Made by a program: the position numbers and the translations under genes. Source: Epiperipatus broadwayi (taxonomy: Eukaryota; Animalia; Onychophora). Taken from it: DNA of 64,000 nt. Where the stretch lies: assembly GCA_028023455.1 (NCBI GenBank), contig JAQFVV010000008.1:7440001-7504000 (forward strand), written 5' to 3'. Each line of letters opens with the position of its first letter. Within the stretch, counting starts at the first letter, position 1. Positions 1-14,468 of the stretch are shown in pieces. The notes under the pieces were generated by a model that saw only the letters and a list, made by a program, of their open reading frames with translations, was not told the origin of the DNA and ran no database searches.

Positions 1-913
1 TTACCCATACTTTGCATTTTCGATCTCTTCTTGTTATTCCCAACATGCATTTCTCCATACTTCTTTGAGTGGTCTGAAGTCTCTATATTGCTCTTATATT
101 AAGTGTCCAAGTCTCAGATCCATAAGTAAGAACTGGCAAAACACATTTATTAAAAACCTTCCTTTTCAAACACATAGGCATATTTCCTTTTAGTATCAAG
201 TTTTCTACCAAAAGCACTCCAACCAAGTTTAATTCTATGGTTAATTTCATCCATTATGTTTCCATCTGTATTAATAATCTGACCAAGATATATGTAACTG
301 TTAACTTCTTCTAACTCATAATAATCAATCTTCATTTTCATATTTTGAGAAAATCTATTAAACATTACTTTAGTCTTTTTAACATTTATCTTTAGTCCTA
401 CTTTCATCTGATAACTCCTGCTACATTTCCTGTAGCTCTAAAGCATTATTTGCAAAAACAACTACATCATCTGCAAAATCTAAATGACTTAAATAATCTC
501 CATTTACTTTCACTCTTTTAGCTTCCCATTTTAATTCATAAAATACTTCTTGCAGCACTGCTGTAAAAAGTTTTGGAGATATGGAGTCTCCTTGTCTTAC
601 ACCCTTTTCAATGTTGATTTTCCTACTACCATTATGTAATCTAATTGTTGCTGTTGCATGTTTATAAATATCCTTTAAAATATGACAATATCCTGGATTT
701 ACACCTTGATGATCCAATGCTTTAATCACTGAAGAAATGTTTATAGAATCAAATGCCTTTTCATAATTACAAATCCTAAGCATAATGGCAACTCATATTT
801 ATTTGTCCTTTCTATAACTTCTCTCAATACCTGGATATGATCTACTGTACTAAAACCACTTTTAAATCCAACTTGTTCTCTTGGTTGGTGGAAACCCAGT
901 GTTTTCTGTAGAC
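1..913 (-). mobile_element. RTE-clade LINE fragment (5'-truncated RT region, frameshifted), runs off the window start
   Basis: ORFs 421-783 and 150-407 contain YEKAFDS, KGVRQGDSISPKLF, HLDFADD and YIYLGQII. The reverse complement aligns at roughly 90% (by eye) to 8580-9440. Confidence 0.92.
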
Positions 914-3900
914 ATACTGTGACAAAAATAGTTATTTTAAAAGTTACCTTAGTTTAGTTGCTACCCCCCCCCCCCCATGATGGTTGAAGTAATTTTATAA
1001 TAGTTGTATATAAAAAAGAAAAAAATCATTTCAAATGGCAAAGAAAATACTAGCAATTAGAATACATTATTACTGAGCCTAAAGGTAAATCAGTTGCTAA
1101 TAATATGTAGCTTAAATTAGATAAAAGCATTAAAATATTGAAGCAATTAATATTTACAAAAGCTATTAGATATTTTTGATATTTTAATATAGTGATTAGT
1201 GGCAGAGTAATTTTTTTTAGGTAAGCAATTCACAAAAGGATAAACCTGTTATTCAATGAATAGTGGATGATAAAATAAATTTTATTTATAGATATGAAAT
1301 TCTGAACAATACATTTTAATAATATTTGAATGAATACAGACTGAGTACCTCTGATCTACTTTGAAATTTTCAATGTGAATTGTGTTGGCATTCTCAAGGA
1401 AAAAGAATGAATTTCAAATGCTGTTTTTAGATGAGAAAGGTGCAAAAGCAGCTAGATCAAATTTGGATAGTATGAACAAAGTAATATTAAATATGATAAT
1501 TTAGAAAAATTAACATAGACATTAAATTCATTTTTCGAATTTTTTCCTTCCCTGAAGGACTATCAAAGTGTGATGTACAACAGATCATTCGCTACTTTCA
1601 TTTTAAACCACTAAATGTCACACAATCACATTCTTTATGCTTACACAAGCTGTTTACACAGAGGCAAAACTTAGTAGCACCACTCAGTGCATATTAGATG
1701 AGTAGGCACTAGATAGAAATTTTATACACAAACCTTCTTGTATCTATTGATTACTCTGGCTTGCATCGAGTAGCGCTACTGTATGGAGAGTTTTACCTCT
1801 TTGTATTTTCCTTTTCCTTTCACATATGAAACTTTGATATTTTGACCAACTTATATTAAATGTCTAATTATCCTAAACAAAGCAAAGTAAATTGAATCTA
1901 TCAAGGTGGCTATAAAGTCTCTCAATAATCTTTAAAATGGAATGGGCTTTGGAATTATTTTGTGTCTGCTGTTTTAGGTTTATAGGTAAATATATATTAA
2001 TAGACACACAAATGTCTTATGTGAACAATAATTTAAATTTAGAAATATAATAAGTATGCATGTCAAAACATGTATGGATGCATTTTAAAAATATGTATAG
2101 ACATGACCTAAACAATAATGCTAAATTATTTTGAAGTACTGTATTATGAATTATTATTGAGAGAATTTTTGATATTTTGTGATTTTGTGCTGGCACATGT
2201 ATAAGCAAATATATTTATATAATATAGAAAATAAATATTCAATATTCATATAGATTAGTTACTAAAAAAAAAAAAATTATAGAGTCAGTTGCTAGGAGAT
2301 CATTTGACATTCAATGACTCTCATAGGGTCACTTTTTATTATAAATTACGATAATTAAGTCTAGCATACAATTGTCATTAAATAATAAAATTAAATGCTC
2401 ATAGGATAAACAAATCAATTATTTATAGTAAAGTTTATTTAAAAACGAAATGTTTGTAAATTGTATAATAAAAAAAATTAGGTATTACAAAAATTATTTA
2501 TTATATCAATTATTGATTAAATATTAAAATATTTGCTAAGTAAGTTTTCTAGTAAGTAAAACATTTAAAAATAATATTTGCTTATTAATTATAAATTAAA
2601 TTTAATTATCAAATGTTTTAGTATTAGTTATGATATAAATATATATATGTATTTACTTTAGCAAACATCTTCAAATACAATGTATGTGCAAGTTTAATGT
2701 TCATGACAATACTTTGTTAAGTTGTTGTGTAACAGAAAAATCAATTTAACAGTCAAAGCTTTTTTCTTATCAAAATGATTTTGTAGTATAATATTGTTGC
2801 GGCTAGGAAGATAGTAAAAAAAAACCCAATAACCATTTTTGATAATATTTCTTATGCTTGGTGTTCTCATCAAGAATTTTTATTTAAAGCAATCTGCATC
2901 TCCCTGACATTTATGTTTGAATATTTTTAAGTAATGATATAATCTGTAGGAATAATACTTGATATAAATGGACTTCTAATAAGAACTATTCATTTGACCT
3001 TGAAAGCAGTATATGAGAGTTTATGATTAAATTATTTTTTATGTCAATGATATTCCATTTGCTTTTAAATATCATATCCATAATGATAATTATATAACAC
3101 CATCTGATGGCCTCTTCAAATATATTAGACTAAAATATTTGGCAATTATATATTTTGCTGAAAGATAACAAATATAATTATGGAAGATTATTTTCTTGCA
3201 AATGATTATTTTATTCAGAGAAATTGGTGAATTCAGATGATAAATATCTTCTAGATTTTAGATATTGACAAGAAACCAGAAGATATAGGTAAATAAGATA
3301 AAATGAAACTGATAACCTAGAGAAAGTTGGAACTTGGTGAGAAAGATATCAGAAGTTTTATAATCAGTGTTGTCAACAATTCTGAAGTAATCATTTTAAT
3401 AATTCATTTTCCAAAATGGAAGATTATCAAGCAGTGAAAAGATTGGCTGTTTTGCCAAATAACTGATCAATACTTCTTAGCCTATATTTTTTTATTTAAT
3501 GATCACAAATTCTGTCTTATTTAATATCAGTACACTATAATCTTATGCAATTAGATTGCAGCTTATAATTATACTGATAAATACTTATTTACAATCTTAT
3601 ATGTTTAAAAATGTAGGAAAAATGCAATATTTGATGCTATACATAACTATTTACTATTAAACAAATTTACATAACATTTGTGTAAAATTTTAGCCTTTTT
3701 ATTAAAACACCTTCAATAAACAGCTTGAATGTTTAAATTTTTTAATTAGATAAATAATATTCTAAAAAATTTTTGAAGCAATTTAAGTTCTTTGAATATT
3801 TTTTTAGAATTGATGATGTGGAATGATCACATTTTTGAGAAGCTTATGCTCATGGGATCTTTTTATATAAAATTAAATGATCTTTTCTAGTTTTAAGTGA

Positions 3901-4219
3901 TAATATATAAAAATTTTAAAGATTTTTAAAAGAATATTATTCAATTGTATTTCGGGGGGGGGGGGGTAAAAACTTTATTTTTTATTTTAATAGATTTTTT
4001 TATTTATTAAAAGTTAATTTTAAAGTAATTATTTATTTAAAAGAAAAAAGAAAAATGTATTTTGTAGTCTACTGAAAATAGTTAAGACGTGCTTGATTGT
4101 TTATTTTTTTTACATTTAAACAAATTTATTTATTAATTATTATGTATCTTGTTTATTTATTTATCATATTTTTATAATCTAGTCATTACTTTTAAGTGTT
4201 GTATATATATATATTGTAG

Positions 4220-4292
4220 GATTGTGGGAAAAAAGACCCTGAACAATCTTTAAATATACAACTGGTTCTTGCACAGTTATATCTCACACAAG
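4220..4292 (+). CDS. SRP72: SRP72 coding exon (TPR region), first exon found in the window
   Basis: Bounded by tgtag|GAT and CAAG|gtttgt; 73 nt; translates DCGKKDPEQSLNIQLVLAQLYLTQ(G), aligning to human SRP72 EFSDQHPENAAEIKLTMAQLKISQG (human sequence recalled from memory). Phase 1 end joins the next exon. Confidence 0.88.
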
Positions 4293-6539
4293 GTTTGTAA
4301 ATCACAATTGAGTTGGGAAAATCTTTAATGTGTCTTAAATCTGATTAAAATATAATAATATTCTATTATATTGTAAATTAAAAGATATTCAAAATATTAA
4401 TTTTTTGTTAAATGAAATTGTATTTGTATAAGTGCTTGATAATTGGAATATAGATTAGTTTATTCCAACATTTTTTCAATGAATATACATATGATCTAGT
4501 AATAAGAAAATGATTATTATTAATAGTAATTTTTCATTGCTTTCTATGTGATTCTTATTAAAAATTATTAAATCCTTTAACTTTCAAGATATTTTAATAA
4601 ACAATAATCTCATTGTTGAATCATGGTTTGATAATGCATCTGTTATGTTGAAAAAGAAATAGTGGCAAAAATAATTTAAGAATAAATATTAATATGGAAG
4701 AGCTTCATAGTGTGACAATTTATACACCCATCTACCATTTTGTTGGTAAAATTTAGTATTTCTTGTTCCTCTTCCAAACAATCTTAGGATTTTTCTTTCA
4801 GATAGTTAATTCGAGTAACGATCTAGCGAATGAAACAAGAATTAAAAAATGCTAAAATTTGCAACACCTGGCAGTGACAAACCTGGTAAGGTATGCCTTT
4901 TGGTTTATATATGAAGACTGTTCAAGAGACCTTTTTCTGGTATTTGAAGGCTACTATTTTTTGCCTATTTATTTATATATTTAAGATTGACAGTAAAATT
5001 GAAAAAGAATAATATTTATAATTATAAGATAAATTTTTTTTATGAGTAATGTCAAAATTATTCAATCCTCTGTAAATTGCGATCACAAAAATTGCACCAT
5101 GTATCTGAGAGATATAGTCATTACTAGTGTAAGGATAACTTACAATCTTATTAAGCTCACTTGTTTATGTGCAATATCAAACCATAAACTTAAAAATATA
5201 ATTGTAAGTTTATAAACAGTAAATATGTTATCCTTTTACGTTAAAATACCCATATACACACGTATATAACTTAAATGTTATATTATAAAAATTTTAATAA
5301 AAATATATTTATATTTCAATCATTCATATATAATATTGAACTAATATCACTAATCACCGCAAAACATAGAGGTAACCTTAGGTCAAGTCATATCTTAGAA
5401 ATTAAATGCGAAGGAAATAAAATTAGAACTCAATTACGCAATTATTAATTATGATTCATTCAACAATAATCGAATACAAAATCGTGAAATGAAATAATAA
5501 TTTAACACATGCTAATTACCGGAAGTCGATTCTACTATAAAAGCTAAATCAACTAATTTCCAAATCAATTTATCTTTTACAAATGAACTAGTCACTATGC
5601 ATAGTTATTTTGCTGCATTCGAATACCGAACACATTAAAAAGATGGATCAATAGTTTGAACGAATTTTCCTTATTTATAAAATCTTCATTAGCAGAGAAC
5701 TCTAATATCACTTAAGACAAGGATAAATAAATTACTCTTTAATATTATTAATAATAATTTCAAAAACGAAATTATTTTTAATATAATAATTAGAGAAATT
5801 CTTAGTGATATCGTTTAAACTTGAATTTTAAAAGAGATAAATATCATCAAAAACATTTATATATCTAAATAAAATTATTTTAAGAAGATTTCAAGTTATA
5901 GAAAATGCATCATGAGTAATAATTTGCCATAGGATCAAATGCTATTGTTCTAACTAAAGCAGTGTAATTACTCATTCCTACTGAAATGCCTAATATATAT
6001 ATATTTCATCTATATAATTCAATATCCAACTTCAATTTATATCAAAATAATTTATGAAGTGGGATGTCAACATCATGTGAGAAGAATATTTAGGAACAAC
6101 GGAGTATACTGATTGCCTCACCAATAATTGATGACCGGAAAATAAAGAACTTGATTTTTAATGAACATTATTACTCAAATTATGGAAATGAATAGGACAA
6201 TACCATAAACTTTAAACATATCATATCATCATTATGTATCAACATCCATAAATATTTAATTTTGTTTCTTTTGCTTCTAAAATCTACTTAAATGGAATAA
6301 TCCATTTTGGAAAATCATTAGATGAAAAGAAAATGAAAAGATCATTGGGTTAAATATTTTTATTTATTTAATAAACTTTAGGTCTTCCTTACAAAGTGAT
6401 TTGTCCAGGGTAATAAGTAAACTTAATATGAAGGTAAGATTTTATTGTTCTTCATATTAAATTTATTCATTTATGACAAGTCTTAATTTTTGTTTATTAC
6501 TAATTTAATTAATTTAGTAATATTTGTTTATTTATTATT

Positions 6540-9500
6540 CTGTACAGACAAAAGGAAAGGAGTTTGCTATTAACTGAAAGGAGACCCCTTGATTCCTCTT
6601 GGAGGCCTAAAGGAACTGAGCAGGGCAAATTCCTAATGTTCACTCCATACGTTCTTGTCATTGCAGCTGTTATTACTATGTGATTATTCATATAGTATAC
6701 AAACATGGATAGGCTGCTCACCAACATGTATTAGCCAGTGTGGTGAGTTTATTGGCTTTTTACCTCTGAGTTTAAGATCAAGAAACACCATGGTCTTTCT
6801 TCTCAGTTGCCTGATAAGGCAGAATGAATGTTTGTGAAAATGATAAATATTTTTCCAACAATTATGACAGACAAAAATAAATTATGGCCCTTATTTCCAG
6901 GAGGCTGTAAAGTCATCAACCAAGGCAGCGGTTGGTGGCCGAAGTTGGAAAGTGCTAAGAATCCCTTAATTGTGGACCCAGGCTGCCATTTGATGATGTT
7001 TTTTTATTTAGGTACTTACAACTGCAGATCATTTTCAAGTGAAGGAAAATTGCAAAAATTAGAAGAAGAACTGTCTTATATTAAATGGTATATTATTGGA
7101 CTTTGTGAAGTTAGAAGAAAAGGTGAAGAGACATTTGATTTAAAAAGTGGACATGTACTCTATTATAAAGGCACACATATTGGAAATACAAGTGGAGTAG
7201 GATTCATTATAAATAAAAAGTGGAAGAACAACATTGTGAATATTGATGGTGTATTGGACAGAGTGGCAAGACTTAATAGCAGATACCAAAAGCAGATAAT
7301 TCAGGTTTATGCCCCAACAAGTTCTCATAGTGATGAAGTAGTAGAAGATTTTTATATTGATGTACAAAAGGCTTTTGATCAGAGTAAACAACATTTTAAA
7401 ATTGTTATGGGAGACTTTAATGCTAGAATTGGTAAACAAATGAAAGTGCTAGAAGTAATTTTGGTTATGGTAATAGAAATAAGAGAGGACATAGATTTGT
7501 GGAGTTTACAGAAAAAGAAAAACTTTATATTATGAATTCTTTTTTTGAGAAAAATGTTAAAAGGAAGTGGACATGAAAGCATCCAAATAAAGGTACAGCA
7601 GAATTGGATTATATTTTAACTAACAGAAAATACATATTCAAGATTGTAATGTTCTTATTAAATATAACATAGGAAGTGATCATCGATTAGTAAGATATGT
7701 GTTAATGCAAAATTAGAGAGACAAAAATTATTAAGAAAAACAATATTTACAGTTGATATTCCTAATTTTCAGAAATATTCTAATGAATTTAAATTAGAAC
7801 TTACAAATCGGTTTCAGGTATTAGTAGATTTTGAACATGATTCAGATTTGAATGAAATTAATAAGAAAATAACTGATATACTTTTAAAAACTGTAGCAAA
7901 CATAGCTGGTAAAAAAAGCAGCAATTGACCAATAAAATTTCTACTGAGACTAGAGAATTTATGAAGAAAAGAAGGAATATGAAGATATACAAAAATGATG
8001 CATTAAAAAGGATTGAATATCTTGAATTTCGTAAAATGGTGTGGAAAAGAGTTGATAATAATATAAGAAAGTATAACTGTGAACTAGCAAGGAAAGCTGT
8101 AGAACAGAATAAAAGTCTGAAGACTAAAATATTGATAGGAAATTTATATCTGCAATAAGAAAAAAAGATGGAATCATTACTAAAAAGAGAGATGACATCA
8201 TGACATGGGTAGAAGATTTTTATCAAGAATTATATAGTAATAAAGAACAAGTACCTCCTATATCTATTACATCTTCTGAATTGCCCAGAATTTTAAATGA
8301 AGAAGTGAGATATGCAATTAAATGTATAAAGAAAGGAAAGGCTCTTAGGTAATGATGGAATTATAAATGATGTATTAAAAGAAGTAGATAAAGAAATATA
8401 AAAAAATTTAGCAAAGTTATATACCAAATGTCTAAATGATAAAGATGTACCAGATGATTGGAAGAATGCAGTATTAATATTAATATTTAAAAAAGGTGAT
8501 AAAGAAAATATTAGAAACTATAGACCTATCAGCTTTTTATCAGTTTTATACAAAATTTTTACCAAGATAATTACAACTCGTCTACAGAAAACATTGGATT
8601 TCCACCAACCAAGAGAACAAGCTGGATTTAAAAGTGGTCTTAGTACAGTGGATCATATCCAGGTATTGAGAAAAGTTATAGAAAGGACAAATGAAGATGA
8701 ATTGCCATTATGCTTTAGATTTGTAGATTATGAAAAGGCATTTGATTCTATAAACATTTCTTCAGTGATTAAAGCATTGGATCATCAAGGTATAGATCCT
8801 GGATATTGTCATATTTTAAAGAATCTTATACAAATGCAACAGCAACAATTAGATTACATAATGATACTGAGAAAGTCAACATTGAAAAGGGTGCAAGACA
8901 GGGTGACTCCATATCTCCAAAACTTTTTACAGCAGTGCTGCAAAAAGTATTTTGTGGATTAAAATGGGATGGAGATTATTTAAGTCATTTAGTTGTTTTT
9001 GCAAATAATGCTTTAGATCTGCAGGAAATGTTGCAGGAATTATCAGATGAAAGTAGAACTAAAGAAAAATGTTAAATAGACTAAAGTAATGTTTAATGGA
9101 TTTTTTCAAAATATGAGAATAAAGATTGATTATGGTGAGTTAGAAGAAGTTAACAGCTACAAATACCTTGCAGTTGGAAACATAATGGATGAAATTAATC
9201 ATAGAATTAAACTTGGTTCGAGTGCTTTTGGTAAAAATAACTTGATACTAAAAGGAAAAAAGCCTATGTGTTTGAAAAGGAAGGTTTTTAATAAATGTGT
9301 TTTACCAGTTCTTATTTATGGATCTGAGATTTGGACACTTAATAGAAGAGCAATACAGAGACTTCAGACCACTCAAAGAAGTATAGAGTGATGCATGTTA
9401 GTAGTAACAAGAAGAGATGGAAAACGCAATATATTGGTAAGAGAACTAGCAGGTGTTACTGATCTCATTGAAAAAAATTAAAAGACTGAAGTGGGCTGGA

Positions 9501-9724
9501 CATATTGCTAGAAAAGTTGATAATTTGTGGACAATTGAAATCTTAAACTGGATTCTAAGAGATTGTAAAAGACCCAGAAAGAGACCATATATGAGATGGA
9601 TGGATGAAATAAGAAAGTGTGCAGGGGTGATGTGGAGAAGAGAAGCTAAAGATCGGAGAAGATGGATTGAACTTGGAGAGCCCTTCATTCTGCAGTGGAT
9701 TGATAATGGTTGATGATGATGATA
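6540..9724 (+). mobile_element. Near full-length degenerate RTE-clade LINE (APE endonuclease + RT); 5' boundary approximate
   Basis: Endonuclease motifs TYNCRS, IIGLCEVRR, SGVGFII, QVYAPTS, MGDFNARIG; RT motifs NYRPIS, FVDYEKAFDS, RQGDSISPKLF; C-terminal LKWAGHIAR; ends in a (GAT)n tail at ~9710-9724. Many stops and frameshifts. Confidence 0.92.
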
Positions 9725-12700
9725 AACGACTAATATCCTTGGATGAAAGGACTTTTCTATTAACAATAGGGACCATACATAGATGGGAGGTCTTATAGAA
9801 ATGGAATATCCTCAAAAGAATTAGATATTATAAAAGTTTTCATTTATATATATACTGTTTAATTTAAATTTAGTTAGTTAGTTGATTATCATAATGTTTG
9901 GAATTATAAAAAAAAATTTTTTTTATAACCTATTAAATATTGTTTGTGTTATAATACATATCTACTATGGGATATGGGAAGGTATCATTTTAAAATTTAT
10001 ATACTAATATAGTAGAAATATATGTAAAGCATTCATAATAATAAATTTTGTTTTATAAAGATAAATTTAAATTGTTTTAAGTTAATAAATATTGTTTTTT
10101 TTTATTTTAAGAAAGTCTCTGATTTATTTAAATTATTTATTTTATTTTCATAATAAAATCTGAATACACATATCTATATATATATCATCCTGCCTTAATA
10201 TCATGATAACTTTGTTGAAAGTAATTTTGAGAATTTATCGAACTTATATAAAAGTATTATTATTGCTACAGGATATTGATGGATCCCTGAAGAGAGTTAA
10301 GTGCAAAATTCATCCTGAGTTCGAATACTGAGCATAACAGAATAATCAAGAGAGGTGAAGATTGGATGAACTGGTCTAAATTATATCTGTATTGAATATT
10401 TAAATATTAAATTATTGTATTTGAAATAGATGCAATCATGGATTAAACTTTTATCGCATCATTCATGTCATCCTATGTAAAGACCATAAGTCTGACTATA
10501 ATTAGATGTGTTCACCCTTATTCCTAAAGGGAATGTGAACCGTTACACTAGTATGTGTGAGGTATGGAAAAAAAATAAAAAACACTGTATATATTTGCAT
10601 TTATTATAATTATATAATAAAATATATTAATTTTTATTTATTTTCAATTACAATCTAGAAATTATTAAACAAATAAATATAAAAATATAAAGAGTAAAAA
10701 AAATTTTTTTAATATAAGCATGAATATTGCTAAAAAATACAACTATAAAAAATATCTTTAACATTAATTAATCAGAATCTTTGATAGCTGACTTTGAAAA
10801 TGTTTATAACACTCGTTGCAAAATATTACTATGCTCAAGACATAAAATACTTTTCACAACTACACCAATACTGATTTTGGAGTTTGCATTATCCCTTAAA
10901 TTTAATTTACTTTCAAATATGATATGTTCTTACAAAACATGTTTTTAATCACACCAATATTTTTAAAATGTTATGGTTTAACATTAGCTACATACAAATG
11001 CAAGCTAGTCATGAATCTGAATTTCTGTATTCAATATATGTAAAAATATCTAATAAAACAATTTGTATCTCTTGGATCAATCATGATTTTCATAGGATTA
11101 AATATAAGTAACATTACTTTTTGTGAACAAGGAAAGTTTTAAGATCATTTTAAATCACCCCTAATTCTCATTTTCTTTAGTTTAGAAGATCAAAACTTCT
11201 ATTTTTATTATTTAGATTTTTATTAAGGAGATCTTAGAAGACTAAAACATTATGGTAAAAGATCCATTTGGAGACTTTTTTTTTTTATGATCAATTTTTT
11301 TCTTATTCTTTTTTTTTTGCTATATGTATGAAATTGGAATTGTCTTTTTAATTTCTAAGCTTGATGTGCTCAATTTCTTTTTAATAATTTTGCATTTTTT
11401 TTAGTTTTTAATCATAGTTTTTTATAGTTATCTCAGGATGCTATGTAATTTTATTTCTTTTTCACATATTTTTATTATTAATTTTAAGCTTTAAATTGAT
11501 TTTATTTTACTTTCTAATTTAATTTAAGCAATTGATTTTTTTTTTGCAAACTCAAACTTTCTTTAGAATACTTATAGGATAGCTTCTGTTTTCTTTTCCA
11601 TTTTGCAAGATAATCTATATAGTTTTCTATTGTTTTATTATGGTAATATTTTTTTTTTAAAGTTTTTCAATTTTTATCTTAAAGAATGTGTATATTTAAA
11701 AAAAAATGTTCTTTTCAATTTTAACTTTTTTATTTGAACATTCTTATTATGCAGTGTTTTATTTAAGTGATCTGTTATATTGGTCTCGAATTTGTAAAAG
11801 TATTTATTTTTGTTTTTATATTTTCTAATTTATATTGGGATTTGACTATTTCAAATTCATTTTTAAAAAGTTAATTTTTGTTTTAGAATTGTTTTCCCAG
11901 TTTTAACATTTTTGATATTTTTTTAATTCACTGTTTTAATTTATAATATTTTTCAAAAACTATTACTGAATCAATAATGGATATAACTTCATTAGAAATT
12001 TTTTTCTCTCTCATAAGATGTCATCTCATTTCATTTCGAGATATTTATGAAAAATGCACTTTTTATTTTATATTCAGCAATCATAACTGAGGACTAGCAA
12101 TAATCTTTAAATTTTAATGATTGGGTTCTATTGGATCAAATAAAAATATATTATCACTATATAATGGATTTTTTTTTAATTATAAAAAAAAAAATAAAAC
12201 AATTTTGATACTAATTTGACACTTTTTGAAATATCATTTGATATAGTTACATCACTATTTTTGAGTTTCTATTTCATTTATTTACTTATATTTACCATGA
12301 ACATATCGTAATTTGAAGCACATATAATTTTTCAGATATACTTTATAAATATTTTGATGTTTCTTATTTTAATTGTATTTAGACATAGTATTTAAATTTT
12401 ATAAGCTTTAATAATTTCCACATCTTTTACATGTATCATGTGATTTAGCATCATTTTTTTTTGTTCTGGGATTTTTATTTAAATAAGCTATGGAAACAAA
12501 ATCATACAAATGTTCCACCTAAGGATAACTCCTAATCCATTTTTTAAAAGGATTTAATTATTTCTGACTTTTGATGATATTTTGTTACGCAGATAATTTG
12601 GAATATGTACAGTTTCATTCCAATGAAAGCCGTAAACAAATTTATATTTTTACTTTGACTTGTACTATCCTGTTAAAATAAGTAATATTCATTTTCACTC

Positions 12701-14426
12701 TAAAGCAAATTAATAAATCAAATTCATCATATCGATCTCAAAAATTTATTTCTGATAATATCCATATTTTGGTTTTCTACAACATATATTTTATTTATTT
12801 TATAATGGATACCTTGGTAATTGAAACTAATCAGAAAACAAGAAAAAGGTTAACGAAAAAAAAAAGCATTATGAAATGCAAATTTTAAATATCATAAAAA
12901 ATTAAATGTCTTATTTAAATTTGATCAATTGGTATTTAAGTCATCTATTAGGACTAAACAGATTATATTATGTAATTACTGTAATAATTTTTTGTTAAAA
13001 TTAAAGTAAATCTTCAAATAATTATATTAGTAAAAATCAATTGAATACTGTGATGTACATTGCTAAAATTTTAGTTGGAATCTGAACTGAATATTATTGT
13101 AGTACACATAAATTCTTAGTAATTTTTAAGGACTAAGAATATTTTTTTTTATTTGCAATAAAATGTATTCAGGTCAATTATCTTCATACCTATTACAGAA
13201 AATTATAATTATTCATTAATAATATTTCACTCATGCTGAATCTATTTTTTTCAAGATTATGCAACAAAAGATGCATCATTGAAAATTATGCTTAAGATTT
13301 CTCTATTGTATTGCACACTACCAAGGAAAATCTATATTTTATTTATTTATTTATTTGTGATAGATAATTAAATTTATAATTTAACTTTTCAAATAATAGA
13401 TACTAGATTATTACAGATATCTCTAAGGCAATAAACACAAATTTTTTGATATTTCTTTATTTAAAATTTTTTTACTATACACAGAATAGAATGAATTATA
13501 ATAAAATGTCTAATCTTAAGCACATATATAATATAATCTTAAACAAATCTTTACTAAAACTTATAAGCTAATGTTTACTTTCATTGTTGTGAAGAATATA
13601 TATATCGCACTTATACTTTTTCGAGGTTTAGATAGTAAATTACCTATTGTACCTGATTTGTCTAATAAGAACTTGCCTTGCTGGTTATTAGAAAAGCAGT
13701 GCTATTTATCTTCAATACAAAAGTTTATCTGGCATAAGATTGACAAAACTAGAATTATTAATTATAAAAAAATATTCTTCATGAAATACAATATATTTTC
13801 TAATAATTAGTCATCTCTTGTATTAATAATTAATATAGAATCAGCTTAACTATTAATATTAAAAAAATTATTGAACGATGAATTATATGAAGCACAAATT
13901 CACATACATATTAACAAGAAAAAGAAGAACTTGATAATTAAAATATATGGATTGTATTAAATAACTAAATCCAAAAACAATCAAGTAAATTTGTATTGAT
14001 ATAGTGCAATTTCTAAGTATTTTAAATTAAATAGCTGCAAGTATTTGTTGAATTGTCATTTGCATTATAAATATGTTTTTTTACACTCAAATGATAATTT
14101 TTCTAGTTTTTTTTTTTTTATGCCTTTGAGGGGAACATATATAATGTGAGGATTTTTAAAAAATCTGTACAGTATATATTTTTTATATTATAAAAAAAAT
14201 AATTGAATGTCAATGTATGTAATTTTCAATCTGTAAATTCTTCTTTATGAGCCATAAATTTAAATATGGAATGAAGTAATAATTATGTTTAAAAATATTT
14301 AAATAAATCACACAATAGAAAATATCTTTCTATAACAGCAATAATTATATATATAAACTTATAAATAAATATTAGAAAATACAGTAATTAAAATTAGTTA
14401 AAAAGAACAAAAAATGTAAATGTCAC

Positions 14427-14468
14427 TTAGGAGTGCTTTCAACTATCCTTGTAGTCTTTATCAACTAA
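14427..14468 (-). ncRNA. Putative minimal type I hammerhead ribozyme (U3-A8 core variant) in the Penelope pLTR
   Basis: Minus strand reads UUAG-UUGAUAA-A-GACUA CAAGGA UAGUU-GAAA-G CA C-UC-CUAA: 4-bp stem I, core, 5-bp stem II, 2-bp stem III and a CUC cleavage triplet. Confidence 0.6.

Noticed and set aside
1431-1480. Exon-like stretch ttttag|...DEKGAKAARSNLDSMNK|gtaata
   Set aside because: No similarity to the SRP72 segment expected upstream of the 4220 exon; splice-like flanks are common in AT-rich DNA.
6780-6840. Hairpin TGCCT-GATA-AGGCA followed by GAATG in the RTE 5' UTR, suggestive of an HDV-like ribozyme P4/J4-2
   Set aside because: RTE leaders can carry HDV-like ribozymes, but I could not build the nested pseudoknot or find the catalytic C; a descriptor search on the family consensus would be needed.
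11200-12800. T-rich strand-biased tract that may be an ancient minus-strand LINE
   Set aside because: No unambiguous motif could be read.
13256-13330. Possible exon DYATKDASLKIMLK
   Set aside because: No suitable donor, and the 4292/19338 join already gives continuous SRP72 homology.
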